From NCBI GenBank assembly GCA_030390025.1, contig CM059434.1, forward strand, positions 37,262,001-37,326,000: DNA of 64,000 nt, in the 5' to 3' direction. Below, piece by piece: positions 13,025-26,254 of this stretch (position 1 is the first letter of the stretch; the number at the start of each line of letters is the position of its first letter). The notes under the pieces were generated by a model, which was given only the letters and a program-made list of their open reading frames with translations, was not told the DNA's origin and did not search any database. The stretch is from Squalus acanthias. Lineage: Eukaryota. The position numbers were made by a program, and so were the translations under genes.

Positions 13025-14000
13025 TACAAAGTTACAAAGTATCTGCAGCACAGAAACAGGCCATTTGTCCCAACAGGTCCATGCCGGTGGTTTATGCTCC
13101 TCACGAGCCTCCTCCCACCCCTCTTCATCTAACTCCATCAACATATCCTTCTATTCCTTTCTCCCTCATGTGTTTATCTAGCTTCCCCCTTAAATGCATC
13201 TATGGTATTCGCCTCAACTACTCCTTGTGGTAGCGAGTTCCACAGTCTAACCACTCTGGGTAAAGAAGTTTCTCCTGAATTCCCGATTGGATTTATTGGT
13301 GACTGTTATATTTATGGCCCCTAGTTCTGGTTTCCCTCACAAGTGGAATCATCTTCTCTACGTCTACCCTATCAAACCCTTTCATAATCTTGAAGACTTC
13401 TATCAGGTCACCCCTCAGTCTTCTCTTTTCTAAAGAAAAGAGCCCCAGCCTGTTTAATCTTTCATCGAATCATAGAAACTTACAGCACAGAAGGAAGCTA
13501 TTCGGCCCATCGTGCTTGTGCTGGCTCTTTGAAAGAGCAGTCGTACTTAGTCCCACCCCCCCGCTTTTTGTCCGTAACCCTGTAAGTTCCTCCATCCTCA
13601 AGAACCTGTCCAACTCCCTTTTAAAATTATTTAAAGAATCAGCTTCCACCACATTTTCAGGTAGAGCATTCCAGATCCCGACAACTCTGAGTGAAAACTT
13701 TTCTGCTCATCTCCCCTCTAGATCTTCCTGATGGGTATAATCTCTCAGTTCTGATATCATTCTAGTAAATATTTTTTGCACCTTCTCCAGTGCCTCTATA
13801 TCCTTTTTTTATAATATGGAGACCAGAACTGTTCACAGTATTCCAAGTGTGGTCTAACCAAGGTTCTATACAAGTTTAACATAACTTTTCTGCTTTTCAA
13901 TTCTATTCCTCTAGAAATGAACCCCAGTGCTTTGTTTGCTTTTTTTAATGGCCTTATTAACCTGCATGGCTACTTTTAGTAATCTGTGAATCTGTGACTT
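13025..14000 (-). mobile_element. CR1 3' fragment with a second CR1 3' end nested at ~13466-13727
   Basis: ORF 13470..13652(-) VEADSLNNFKRELDRFL; two separate CR1 tail motifs (acagcacagaa...ggcc). Confidence 0.85.
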
Positions 14001-15820
14001 ATAAAGAGCAGATGTGGTTCATTTTTAACCAGGATATAATTTTCAGATTAAAACCGAATCCAGAAATGTAAAATGGGTGAAGACGGAAAGATTTGGGTTA
14101 AATCGGTTGAAAAGGCTACCGCTAATGGCTCACATTTGAGTAATAGCCAATTGGGTGAAATATCAGAGCAAGTCTGGCTTGTAGAGCCATACCACTAGGA
14201 AGGAGCTGATGAATATTGGTGAAGAAAAAAAAATTAGATGAAACCTCAAAATGTATACCTTGGTTAAAATTTATTGAACAATGTATCTGTACTATATGAA
14301 TGTAGGATGCATACGAGACGTGATGTGCTTTGATGAAGATTAAAAGGAGAAACAGCTGTGGTTATATCACTATTACAAGCAATTTAAATGGAGGATATAG
14401 ATGGGAATCATTTGGATATGATATTTCAATGGGTAGCCTTGTCAGATTAAATTTAAGTGATTATATCTTAAGGCAGTGGGTGGGAAAAATGCTGGTTCTG
14501 TTATCATTCTGGTTGGAGCAGCAATGTACAAACTATGACTCTGGGTGGGGAGTGCCTACATGTGGCCCCCAAACCATGCAAATGTGGCCAATTGCAACCT
14601 GATTCCAATTCATGCTTATTTTTCTTGCTGGTCTATCCTGTTTGAACATTGTGGCCTCAACTGGTGGCTAAATCTTGAATCAGAATGTCCAGATCTGCTA
14701 CTGTCAGCTGCTTCAGATGTATGCAAACTAATGGGAACATTGATGAAGCTTTATGTGCGGCCCACCAGGTATTGAAGTGGCCCACAATAGCTGTTTATAT
14801 ATTGTGCTAGTGCCGTCAGGATTTTATATTTTGTCTGGCGTTGCTGGAACAGCGGCGCAGAAGACCTGGTAAAACGGCTCTTCAACCAGCTGGTCTGAGT
14901 GAGTCCCGGTAATTTTATGTTGAGCTTTCTCTAAACCTGTGCTTGCAGAATCTGATGGTATTGGCATGAATTTTGTGTGTTTATAAAGTCATGGTAAAAA
15001 GATTTTAAGAAAACTTTGGACACTTCTGGACTAGAGGTACCAACCAGTTTTTAATTAGTTAGTTTAGGGTTCCTGTTTATTTGTTGCTTGGAGAATGATT
15101 ATTTAATGGGTGTGTTCCTCCCCCCTCCCACAAGAAAATAAAAAGCTGGGTTCAGCATGCCCCATTCGCTCCATATTTAAAACCAAATATTTCATTGTAT
15201 TTCTTTGGTATCATCTCATTGGCTGAATAATGCAGATTACCTCCCAAAGCTTCTCATCTTGTATTCTGTTTGTACCACATGCCAGTTAAGCAATTAAAAT
15301 AGCAAACATTAATTATAGATTTTGATTGTAAGGGTGCACTATATGGATGTGTAGATTGAGTGATTCTGGTGATGTCTCGGTGAAACATACTTTTGTGCCT
15401 CCCATCACCCCACAATATCACCCCGCATAATGTATCGTCTGTCAATTATGATATTTCAATAAAAGCTGAGATATATTTTATGGAGATGCAGGGCATTCTG
15501 GCTACCCTATTTTTATAAATTTGTTAAAATTATTGTTTTTTTAAATTTTGTTGATTGAAAACATTTCCACGCTTGAAAAAAAATAAGTATTACACAATTC
15601 GCCTGGGTTTTGTACAAAATAGCATTCTTCTCTTTACTGCACTCCCCTTTTGCCTCACAGTGGAAGAGGAGAATACAATACTAGCAGTACAGGGAAGAAT
15701 GGAGATTAGTGGAAGGGGAGAAACTTACAGGTTGTTTTTTCTTTTAACATCCTTGGGTGGGAGCCTGTCTGGGCCTGGAAGTGTAGCTGGCTTCAATCCC
15801 ATAAGTTTATTCATTACAAT

Positions 15821-16486
15821 GGCTCAGAAATTGTTGCAAAAATAATGGTGTGTTCACAGCGCTCACCATTATTAGTGTGTTAAAAAAGCACAGCAATTTG
15901 TACCGAGAAAGAGATACGCCACAAATTGCTGGTCGATTTGTGCCTCCCCATGAGCGTCAAGAAATTGCTGGATTTGCGCCGTAAATACAAATGAATCTCT
16001 CTGCAGACATTTAGGGCTAGTATTTCATGTCGTTGGGGCCATTAATGACGTGGTTTATGGTTCTGACATGAAACTCAACCTTGGAGGCCCAGAAAGGGAA
16101 CAATTGAAATTATGGAGTCTCACTCCTGCAGGTAGGAAATTGTTCCTAGAGATTTTTTAAATTTCAAATGTTTTAATTTTTTCCTTCCTCTCTTTTTTCC
16201 TCTCTCTCTTGATCCAATTTTTCTTTTCCTTTTTCTCTCTAATTTGACTCTAATCGCACCCTATTTCCTTCTCGCTTGTTCACTGTTTCTTTCTCTATCC
16301 TTAAATTTCATTGGTTAAGAGATAGACCACTGGACTCGATGTTCATGTTGTCCCAGATGCCCTATTGACCTCACCACGCCGATATCAAGTCGCATTTGCG
16401 GCGCAAAAAAAGCTCGCAGGGTGAGGAAAAAAATTAGAGTTCACGCGCTCGCCGCGAGATGTGCCGCTCCCAACAATCTCTGGGCC
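15821..16486. mobile_element. Family B TIR element with AAT target-site duplication
   Basis: AAT|GGCTCAGAAATTGTTG ... CAACAATCTCTGGGCC|AAT (14/16 inverted match). Confidence 0.8.
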
Positions 16487-16608
16487 AATGTTCCTGCATT
16501 TAATATACCAGCAGAGGCTAATCTTCCAAAACTTGCTGAGTACAGAGGGTTTGGACGTTTACACCATTATTCAAGAAGGGTAGAAGAGGAAGAAACAAGC
16601 AGCTACAG

Positions 16609-16745
16609 CAACGTTCCCTCTGTGTAGCTATCTGCCGGTTCTGTACAGCCCGGGACCGGCTTTTCCAATGTGAAAAGAAACTTTGAATGGGCCGTGCCGC
16701 CCGTTAAAGGGGCCGCGCACCCAAAAAGAATTAGGGGGCACATTG
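16609..16745. mobile_element. Mini TIR element (hAT-like)
   Basis: CAACGTTCCC ... GGGCACATTG ends; shares ggccgtgccgc and cccaaaaa with 34881-34962. Confidence 0.55.
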
Positions 16746-16784
16746 GCTCAGGCCAGTGAGTTTAATGTTAATAATGGAAAAATT

Positions 16785-17030
16785 ACCCACTATCTGGATG
16801 AACAAGTGAAGATGATCAAGGAGCTTGGAGATCACATCACCAACTTGTAGAGACTGAGTTCCCTGCCTTGTAGGCAATGATGGCTTGTGACTTTGTACAA
16901 AAAGCTGAACTTGAGCTCTTTAAATGTCATTAACTGTAAATAAAATGTTCAAATTTTAAATAAAAAAAATTAAAAAAAAAATTAAAAAAAAGAAAACTTG
17001 AAATAAAACTTAACAAATTAAAAAAAAACA
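16785..17030 (+). pseudogene. 5'-truncated processed ferritin (H/M-type) pseudogene with poly(A)
   Basis: Translates [23 protein letters not shown] (ferritin helix D signature), then decayed C-terminus, AATAAA at 16939 and A-rich tail ~16958-17030. Confidence 0.88.
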
Positions 17031-17189
17031 AGGGGAGGGGTTAAGCATTAAAACTGCACCCTCTGCTCGTAGAGCACACCAAGGCCATTACCACCATCAG
17101 GCCTGAGACCAGGGGTGAGTGTAGCCCTTCGAAGATTGACCCCATGATGGCGACTCCATCTTCGCCGGTGGCGGGGCAAGAAAAAAAAT

Positions 17190-18590
17190 AGTGGAAAAAT
17201 TGCTAGAATCCATTATCAGGGACAGAATACATGAGCACGAACGAAGTGCAAGTTAATTAGGAAGAGTTATCATTGGTGAACAGTAAGTGATGTCTAACTT
17301 GAGCGAATAGAATTCTATATTAGTCACTGAAGCAGAGTTGTTAAGTCACTGAGAAGTACAGAAAAAAGATCAATGGATGTTATAGACCTTGATTTTCAGA
17401 AGGCTTTTGATGAGATTCTGTATAACAGGGTAATTGGATAAATCTGGGGTGCATGGAACTGGAAGTGGCTTTGTGTCATAGGCAGGAAGTTGGTTGGAAG
17501 GTAGGTGGCAGAGCGTTGGGGTGCAAGGGACCATCTTGGATTAGCAGGCAATAATCAGTGACTTCCCACAGGAACAAACGGGTGTTGGGGCTCCAGCTTT
17601 TCAGACTATATGTAAATCACTTTGATTTGGGAATAGAGGCAGGCATATCGATATTTTCAGAAAACTAAGGGGTGAATTGTGAAGAAGCATGTAAAATTCC
17701 AAAAGAACATAGATAGGCTAGGTCAACAGGCAGAACAATGGCAGTTTAATGTAACAAAGTGTGAGGTCATACACTTTGGACAAAAGACTGGGAGATGAAA
17801 ATGCAACCAAAATGGGGAAGCACGGGAGAGAGGGTTGCTAAACAAAGGGATTTACCACATAAGTGACTAAAAGCAACCTTGCAGGCTCAAATTTGACCAG
17901 AAAGGCTAAAATGGGGATGCTGAGCTTCATGAGGTGTAGAATATAAAAGCGCCTTTCATGACCTCCGGACGTCCCAAAGCGCTTTACAGCCAATGGATTA
18001 CTTTTGAAGTGTAGTCACTGTTGTAATGTAGGAAATGCGACAGCCAATTTGCACACAGCAAGCTCTCACTAACAGCAATGTGATAATGACCAGATAATCT
18101 GTTTTAGTGATAACTTTAAGGAACAATACCCTGGACGTGGAGAAAGTCCAGCAATGATTCAGCAGGTGAGGGGGCTTATCTATGATGAGAAACTGGGTAA
18201 ACTTAGGTTTTGTATCCTGGAGATGAGATGGTTAACAGGTGATCAGATTGAAGTAATTAAAATAATAAAGATAATTAACAGGGTTACGAGGGAATGACCT
18301 CTCTTTAGAGGGCTATCCAAACCAAGGGGACATAATCTTAACATTCAGACTGAGGTAGTTAAAAGCAAATTCATAAAACATCTCTTCATGCAAATAGGTT
18401 GTGGAGTGCATTGCCCAAAAGTGCAAAATAATTGATATGTATTTAAAAGAAAAAAGAGATTGATGCTTACTCGGGGAAATAAGGGTATTGAAGGACATGG
18501 AGCAATGGCAGGGTATTCGGAATTAAAAATATAAAGAGCGGCCATGCATAGCTGAGCAGCTCAGTGGGCTGAATGATCTACTTGCTGGAG
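17190..18590 (+). mobile_element. Highly decayed CR1 ORF2 with a nested Deu-SINE fragment (~17940-18110, minus)
   Basis: gattttcagaaggcttttga (DFQKAFD), aagtgtgaggtcatacactttgg (KCEVIHFG), tail gggctgaatgatcta. Confidence 0.75.
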
Positions 18591-19104
18591 TGAGTACTGG
18601 TCACTGATAACTTGGCTATTGGTTTTTATTCATGTGTGAGTATCCACAGGCCTTTTGACTAAGGGAGCATCACACCTGAACTTGATCCTGATGCTCACAT
18701 ATGAGTGGAATTCCTGGTGGATTTTCCCCTCCCAAACCCAGGAATGTTAAGGTCAGTCGTAGCACCCCTACTGCTACCTTGGCCAACATAAGCACAGCCT
18801 GGGGATTGACACTGGACCTTCTTGGTGTGTGTGGCTTAAATACTCACTGATTAAAATTTATGGGAAGCATTACATAGTCTGGTTTATATTTCACACCATT
18901 TTTAACAGGTTTTCGCTCCCCTGATATTTTACCCAATTTATTTAGTAAATGCACATAATAGTAAATATTACTCTTCCCTTACAGTGTGAAGCATTGTAGC
19001 AGTAATGGGTACCCATACAAGACTGATCTCTCCTATGGATAAACATTTGTGTCAAATTACTTCTAAATATGTACATCTTTACTGCTTTGTGTATTTATAC
19101 TGTG

Positions 19105-19380
19105 TGCGGATTCAGTGGTGGGCATAAAAGATCCCAGGGCACTATTTGAAGCAGAGCAGGGGAGTACTCCTCGGTGTCCTGGACAATATTTATCCCTCAT
19201 TTAAAACGCCCCCAGATTATCTGGTCATTATCACATTGCTGTTTGTGGGGCCTTATTGTGCGTAAATTCGCTGTCATACTTCCTACATTGCAACAGTGAC
19301 TACAAAAGTACTTCATTGGCTGTAATACCCGTTAGGACGTCCTGAGGCCGTGAAAGACGCTATATAAATGCATGCTCTTT
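19105..19380 (+). mobile_element. Deu-SINE fragment
   Basis: taaaagatcccagggcactatttgaagcagagcaggggagt...gacgctatataaatgca. Confidence 0.8.
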
Positions 19381-20458
19381 CTATATTTGGCTTGAACAAT
19401 AGAAATGATTAAAACGTCTGCTTCAGCAGTAAAGTGAATAATGGAAAAATGTTGTAATTTTTGTCTTGCGTTCGTGGCCATTTAAACCAGCTGTAGACAT
19501 TGTTAAAAGACACTAATTGATGTTAAATGTTTGCCTACAGAACAACAGTGATTGCACTTCAAAAATAATCATTGGTTGTAAAGCGCTTTGGGACATCCTG
19601 TGGATGTGATAAGGGACTATTTAAATGCAAGTTCTTTCTTTATGTTGTGCGGTGGCTTCGTGCTCCCGGCAGTCTCCTAGAACAATGCCAAATGGGTGTG
19701 CTGAGAGGCTCTTTTAGAGGTATGAAGCTGTGTTGTTTGTGCAGCTGGGGGAATGGGTGCAGCTATGGGAACGCTGCATGTTTTTGTGAACTTAAACTGT
19801 AAGGTGAGAAGGAGGTTGAGAAAACTTGCCAAAGCATCTGCCATATAATAAAAAAAAATTAACTGAGCATTTGAATTTCAGATTTTCACTGTCTAATCCC
19901 ATCTTTTTTATTTTTATTGACTCATCTGAAATTAGCTTTTACTTTAAATGGGAACATCGATAGAAATTATGCTTTTCAGAGAAGGAGGAGTAAACATTCG
20001 CTTTCCTTGATATTGTGACATAGCCCTCACCAAATTGTTCCACCAGCTAATCGTTACTGGCAGTTGTTTGCCTGCATAACAACAGTCACTGTACTTCAAA
20101 AAGCAATTTATTGTGTTGTTTGTTGTGAAAGCCACTAAATAAATTCATTAGCATATATAAAAGGATTTTTTTAATTGGTTTAAATACTTAGAAACTGGTC
20201 AGCTAATGAATGAAATATTGATAACTGTGTGTTGCAGGGAGACTACAGACTATACAAACAGGGATGTCAAGATATAGGTTTAGTTATGGCTTTTTGTATC
20301 CGTGTCTGTGTCATTAATATAATGCTGTTATTACTACCCTTTGATCTACAAACATGAAGAAAGTGTCCCTTTCCCTGCAGATATATTATCCAGGTGAAAA
20401 GACAGTTGAAACTCTTTAGACTGATGCATCGTGATTGAAGAAGTTTTTCTATATCTAT

Positions 20459-21274
20459 GGGTGCAATTTTGCCAGCCCTGGGGAGGCGGGTTTGGAGGTG
20501 GGACTGCCAGGAAAGTGGCAGAATTTGGGGGAGGGTGCCCAACCTGCCTCTGTGCCATCTTGCCAGGAGGCAGGAAGCCGTCCCGCGCCGGGTCCCGTCT
20601 CCTTGGAGGCGGGAAGGGATTACAGCCACTTAACTGCCAGTTAACAGGCAGATAAGCGGATTATCCCCATTTTGCCCACACAAGTGCGGGCTTCCCGAAG
20701 GCTCCAAAACCCGCCAGGGTCACCGAGGCAAGTAGTGGGTCTGCGGGGGTAGGAGGGTTCCAAAAGTGTGCTGTGGAGGTGAGTGATGGGTGCAAGTGTG
20801 GAGAGGTGAGTATCTGAAGTAAGTGCAAAGTGTTATTAAAAGTGTACTTACCTTTGTTTCTTCCTGCAGGCTTCAGTTGGTGGGTATGCGGAGAGTCTCG
20901 CACCTCCGCGGTAGAGATGACAGATGGCCGTTGCATGCAACAACCATCTAATTTCTACAAAAGAAAGAGTTTTGATGAGGTCTTGAATTCAAGAACTCAT
21001 CAAACTACAGAGAATGTCAGTGTTTGACAGCTTCACAGAGCTGTCAAACGATGACAATTCATCTGTCAAAAATTTTTGACAGATGAAGTGTCATACGTTC
21101 ACATTCTCTGTAACCGGCTTCCCCTTAATTGGGCTACTAAGCCCGCTGGGCGGGCGTAACAAGGTCAATCAAGGGAAAATAGCGTGGGTTGGCCAGAAGT
21201 TGATGGAGGCGGGACTGAAACCCGACAAGTGGGAGTCCTGCCTCCAAAAGCTCCCCATTGGCAAAATCCAGCCC
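20459..21274. mobile_element. Family A TIR element (Harbinger-like MITE)
   Basis: GGGTGCAATTTTGCCA ... TGGCAAAATCCAGCCC, flanks TAT/TTT; interior collinear with 44167-44923. Confidence 0.75.
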
Positions 21275-21289
21275 TTTGTCTCTATATTC

Positions 21290-23320
21290 AGGTAGATGGA
21301 CAAATCTAGAGCTCCCTGGATGTCAAGGGGCATACAGGGAAGGATAAATAAAAAAGGGAAGCTTATGACAGATACCGAGGGCACAATACTGCAGAAACCT
21401 GAGAGGAGTATAGAAAGTGCAGGGGGGAAATTAAAAAGGAAATTAGGAAAGCAAAGAGAGGGCATGAAAAAATATTGGCAAGTAAAATCAAGGAAAACCC
21501 AAAGATGTTTTTTTAATACATTAAGAGCAAGAGGATAACTAAAGTAAGAGTAGGACCTATTAGGGACCATAAAGGTAACCTGTGTGTGGAGGCGGAAGAG
21601 ATGGGTATGGTTCTAAATGAATACTTTGCGTCTGTTTTCACAAAAGAGAGGGACGATGCAGTAATTGCAATCAGGGAGGAGGAGTGTGAAATATTAGATG
21701 AAATAAACATAGTGAAAGAGGAAGTATTAAGGGGTTTAGCATCTTTGAAAGTGGATAAATCCCCAGGCCTGGATGAAATGTATCCCAGACTGTTAAGAGA
21801 AGTAAGAGAGGAAATAGCAGAGGCTCTGACCATCATTTTCCAATCCTCTCTGGCTACAGGTGTGGTGCTGGAGGACTGCTAACGTGGTACCGTTGTTTAA
21901 AAAGGGAGAAAGGGATAGACCCGAGTAATTACAGGCCAGTCAGCCAAACCTTGGTGCTGGAAAAATTATTGGAAAAAATTCTGAGGGACAGGATAAATCT
22001 TCATTTAGAAAGACACGGATTAATCAGGGACAGTCAGCATGGATTTGTTAAGGGACGGTCATGTCTGACTAACTTGACTGAATTTTTTGAGGAGGTAACA
22101 AGGAGGGTCGATGAGGGTAGTGTGTTTGATATAGTCTATATGGATTTTAGCAAGGCTTTTGATAAGGTCCCGCATGGCAGACTGGTCACGAAAGTAAAAG
22201 CCCATGGGATCCAAGGCAAAGTGACAAGTTGGATCCAAAATTGGTTCAGAGGCAGGAAACAAAGGGTAATGGTCGAAGGGTGTTTTTGTGACTGGAAGGC
22301 TGTTTCCAGTGGGGTTCCGCAGGGCTCAGTACTGGGTCCTTTGCTTTTTGTGGTATATATCAATGATTTGGACTTGAATGTAGGAAGTATTATTAAGAAG
22401 TTTGCAGATGATACAAAAATTGGCCGTGTGGTTGATAATGAAGAAGAAAGCTGTAGACTGCAGGAAGATATCAATGGACTGGTCAGGTGGGCAGAATACT
22501 GACAAATGGAATTCAACCCGGAGAAGTGTGAGGTAATGCATTTGGGGAGGGCTCACAAGGCAAGGGAATACACAATAAATGGTAGGACACTGAGCAGTGC
22601 AGAGGATCAGAGGGACCTTGGAGTGCATGTCCACAGATCCCTGAAGGTAGCAGGACAGGTAGATAAGGTGGTTAAGAACGCAAACGGAATACTTGCCTTT
22701 ATTAGCCGAGGCATAGAATATACGAGCAGGGAGGTTATGCTTGAACTGTATAAAACACTAGTTAGGCCGCAGCTAGAATACTGCGTGCAGTTCTGGTCAC
22801 CACATTACAGGAAGGATGTGATTGCACTAGAGAGTGTGCAGAGGAGATTTACGAGGATCTTGCCTGGGCTGGGGAATTTTAGCTATGAGGAAAGATTGGA
22901 TAGGCTGGGTTGTTTTCTTTGGAACAGAGGAGGCTGAGGGGAGACTTGACTGAGGTGTATAAAATTATGAGGGGCCTAGATAGAGTGGATAGGAAGGACC
23001 TATTTCCCTTAGCAGAAGGGTCAATAACCAGGGGGCATAGATTTAAAGTAATTGGTGGGAGGTTTAGAGGGGATTTGAGGAGAAATCTTTTCACCCAGAG
23101 GGTGGTGGGGGTCTGGAACTCACTGCCTGAAAGGTGGTAGAGGCAGAGACCCTCATCACATTTAAAAAGTACTTGGATATGCACTTGAAGTGCCGTAACC
23201 TACAAGGCTACAGACCAAATGCTGGAAAGTGGGATAGGGGGGATAGCTCTTTGTCGGCCGGCACGGACAAGATGGGCCAAATGGCCTCCTTCTGTGCTGT
23301 CAATTTCTGTGATTCTATGA
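21290..23320 (+). mobile_element. CR1 LINE, 5'-truncated, frameshifted ORF2
   Basis: ORFs 21586-23349 contain [41 protein letters not shown] and FADDTK; CR1 3' tail. Confidence 0.95.
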
Positions 23321-25544
23321 AAGGATTGAGAGCAGCAATTCACTGCTGAGAGACCACCGTGACATTGGGGTCTGAGTTTTAAGTGCGAGTGGATTATGAA
23401 GTCCATTACATGGTTTATTTTGCTACCGATATTTTCTGATTTGTAGCAAATGGTGTCTGCTTAACTCAATTGAGATGGAGGAAAAAGTGTAGGAAGTATT
23501 TGTAGCATTAGTTTGAAATGTTGATATTATGGGGGCCTATACAGGGGCAATGAAAACAGCATCAATGGAAAAAGAAACCCGTGCTTCTCAAACTACAACT
23601 TTGGTATAAATTAGAATCAGCGTGTTTTAATGTCTGCAAATGCATACAGTCTGTTTCTTTTATTGCTCTATATTTTCTCCCTGTTTCAGTGAATTTCTTT
23701 TTTAAAATATATATTTGCTGGAAGTTTGCTTTAAACCCTGTTCCATGACCAGAATACATTGTGGGGGGTCAACGTAAGTTTGATTTTGTGACAAAGACAA
23801 TGTCAATTAACTTGTGGTTTTGATGGATTGGTCCATACTTGACGACCTTCAGCAGTCTAACAATTAAATTCTAATTAAATAGGCTGCAAATATATTTGTG
23901 CATATGTCTATTCCTAATTGAGGACTCATTGGAGGCCAATTTCCTTGGGAATATTGACAGTAGCAGCCATGCAGATATACCCGTGTATACTTTAGAATTA
24001 TTCTACTCCGATTCGTCCTTTCCAACCATTGATGTAGATAAAAATTCTTTGTGTCATTTGAAAGGTTTTTTTAGTAAGCTTATTTGCAAATGTTTTTAGA
24101 AACACAAAATGTGATGTAGCCATTTGTTACACAGTGTCAAAGTGTTCAAATGATATTTTTCTGAGCATTTCTGTGGTTTGCTTCTTGAATCGGTTTAGTG
24201 GAGTCTGTAATTGCCCTTGCAGACTTTACGTAATTTATTTTTGTTTTTAAAACTGGTCTCTGTCTTCAGGCTGGGTAGTTGTCTGAGGGGAAAAATAACC
24301 CGTGAGGATGCCAAAAAATACATATGGAGAGCAAGCTGGGGGACTTGGAAAAGGAACAAGATAATTATATAGCATTTGCTTGGAGGTTGGCAACCATTGG
24401 CCTATGCAACTAAGCAGGGATAGTGTATGGCGCGTGGAGGAGCACTGGTGTGGGATGCAAGCTGAGAAAGATAGCTGGCACATAAAAGGCTGAAAATTAA
24501 AGACAGATCCAAGGCTAAGGGCAGACACAATTAATAGAGAAAATGGTATTGGGACCAGTCCAGATGCATTGCAAGTTAGTTTTAAGGAGGCAGTGAGGAG
24601 TTTAAGAGGCTCTGATTGGTGCCAAAAGGGAAAACCACACACAAAAGTTTCTATGATGGGGTGCGGCTTTAGGAAACTGACATTAGTAGTTACAGTCCAA
24701 ACCTTGCGTGTGTTTCTGTTGACTAACAGGAGAGGACAGGAAAGGTCTATCTTGCTCTGGACAGTTTGACATTTACTTTTTGTAAATTGGGTTCCTGATA
24801 TTTTAGTAGGAAAAGCAAGTGTGATTTTTGTGAGGAAACTAACTTGAGTCCCCAGAACAAAATTTAAGAATGTTAAAATTCATATGACTTTCTTGTACAA
24901 AATAGAATGTTTTTAAAATATTACGATGAGACAGTTTTGTTACCTTGGGCAGCACCAGGAATCCATGATCTTCACACCAGTGATGCTCCCTCAATCCCAG
25001 AACTGCATCTTGATCGGCTATGATCCGTGCTTCTTAAAAATATGTTTTGTTTATTTCCAAAATTCTCTTCCATTTCCCTCATCAACCCCATATGTGGCCA
25101 GTACAGAGGCTCATTAAAAAAATCAAATTTGATCACAAGTCTGTGATTTTCTTTCAATAGGACTTTTTGTTGGGCTTTCTCCCTTTCTTCTTGTTCCTTA
25201 TCTTTTTCACCTGCTTGACCTGACATCTCTCGAATCAGCAGCAGGTGTATGTCCAGTTCCCAGGCTGCAACAGTATCCCTTATATTTGCCTGTCAGATAT
25301 GGCAGATAATTAATGAAAACTTGAGAGAGTGCCATAATTTCATACTGGACTCAAACATCTAACCTTTTAAGTTTATACTATTTTCATTCCTGTTTGATTG
25401 AGGTCCTCAAAATTTTTATGAAGACTTAAAAAAAGAAAAAATCTTTTTGGGAATATTCCTAAACAGAATTAACAAATCTATTGTTATACAACCAGTGGTG
25501 CTACATTTGTTCATCTAACACTTTCTTCTGAAAAGTTAAATGAG

Positions 25545-25935
25545 GTGATCTCTAAATTGTCAGACTGCTTGTCCGACATCCAGTACTGGATGAGCAGAAA
25601 TTTCCTCCAACTAAGTATTGGGAAGACCAAAGCCATTGTCTTAAGTCCCCATCACAAACTCCGTTCCTTATCCACCAACTCCATCCCTCTTCCTGGCAAT
25701 TGTCTGAGGCTGAACCATACCGCTTGCAACCTTGGTGTCGTATTTAAACCCGAAATGAACTTCCAACCACATATCCACGCCATCACCAAGACCGCCTACT
25801 TCCACCTCCGTAACATCGCCCGACTCCGCCCCTGCCTCAGCCCATTTGCTGCAGAAACCCTCATCTATGCCTTTGTTTCCTCCAAACATGACTCTTCCAA
25901 CCCTCTCCTGGCTGGCCTCTCATCTTCCAGCCTGT
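25545..25935 (+). mobile_element. L2 ORF2 fragment
   Basis: CLSDIQYWMSRNFLQL..KT..AYFHLRNIARLRPCL..AAETLI. Confidence 0.9.
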
Positions 25936-26254
25936 TGTTGTAATCTTATAGCAGTCAAATGAATCTGCTATTAAAGATTTTAGGTACAAGCACATGTTAT
26001 TAAATGTTTCAGCATTTTATTAAAGGGAGTTCCCATTTGCCTGAAATACTGCTTGTACAACTATAATAGCCCTTTATATAACCCATTCTCATATACCATA
26101 CCCTATCATATAAAATGCAGTTTCTCAGTAAGAACAATCCAGTAGCAGTACAGCAGTTGTCTGCCATCAAATAGTACAGTGCAGGTTGTTGCCCAAGACT
26201 TCACCACTAGTTGAGTTTCTGATTTCAGTTGTGATATCAAGAAGCAAAGATAAT

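Noticed and set aside
14523-14790. Possible hAT-like MITE (gtggcccc...gcggccca...gtggccca)
   Set aside because: Termini and TSD could not be defined
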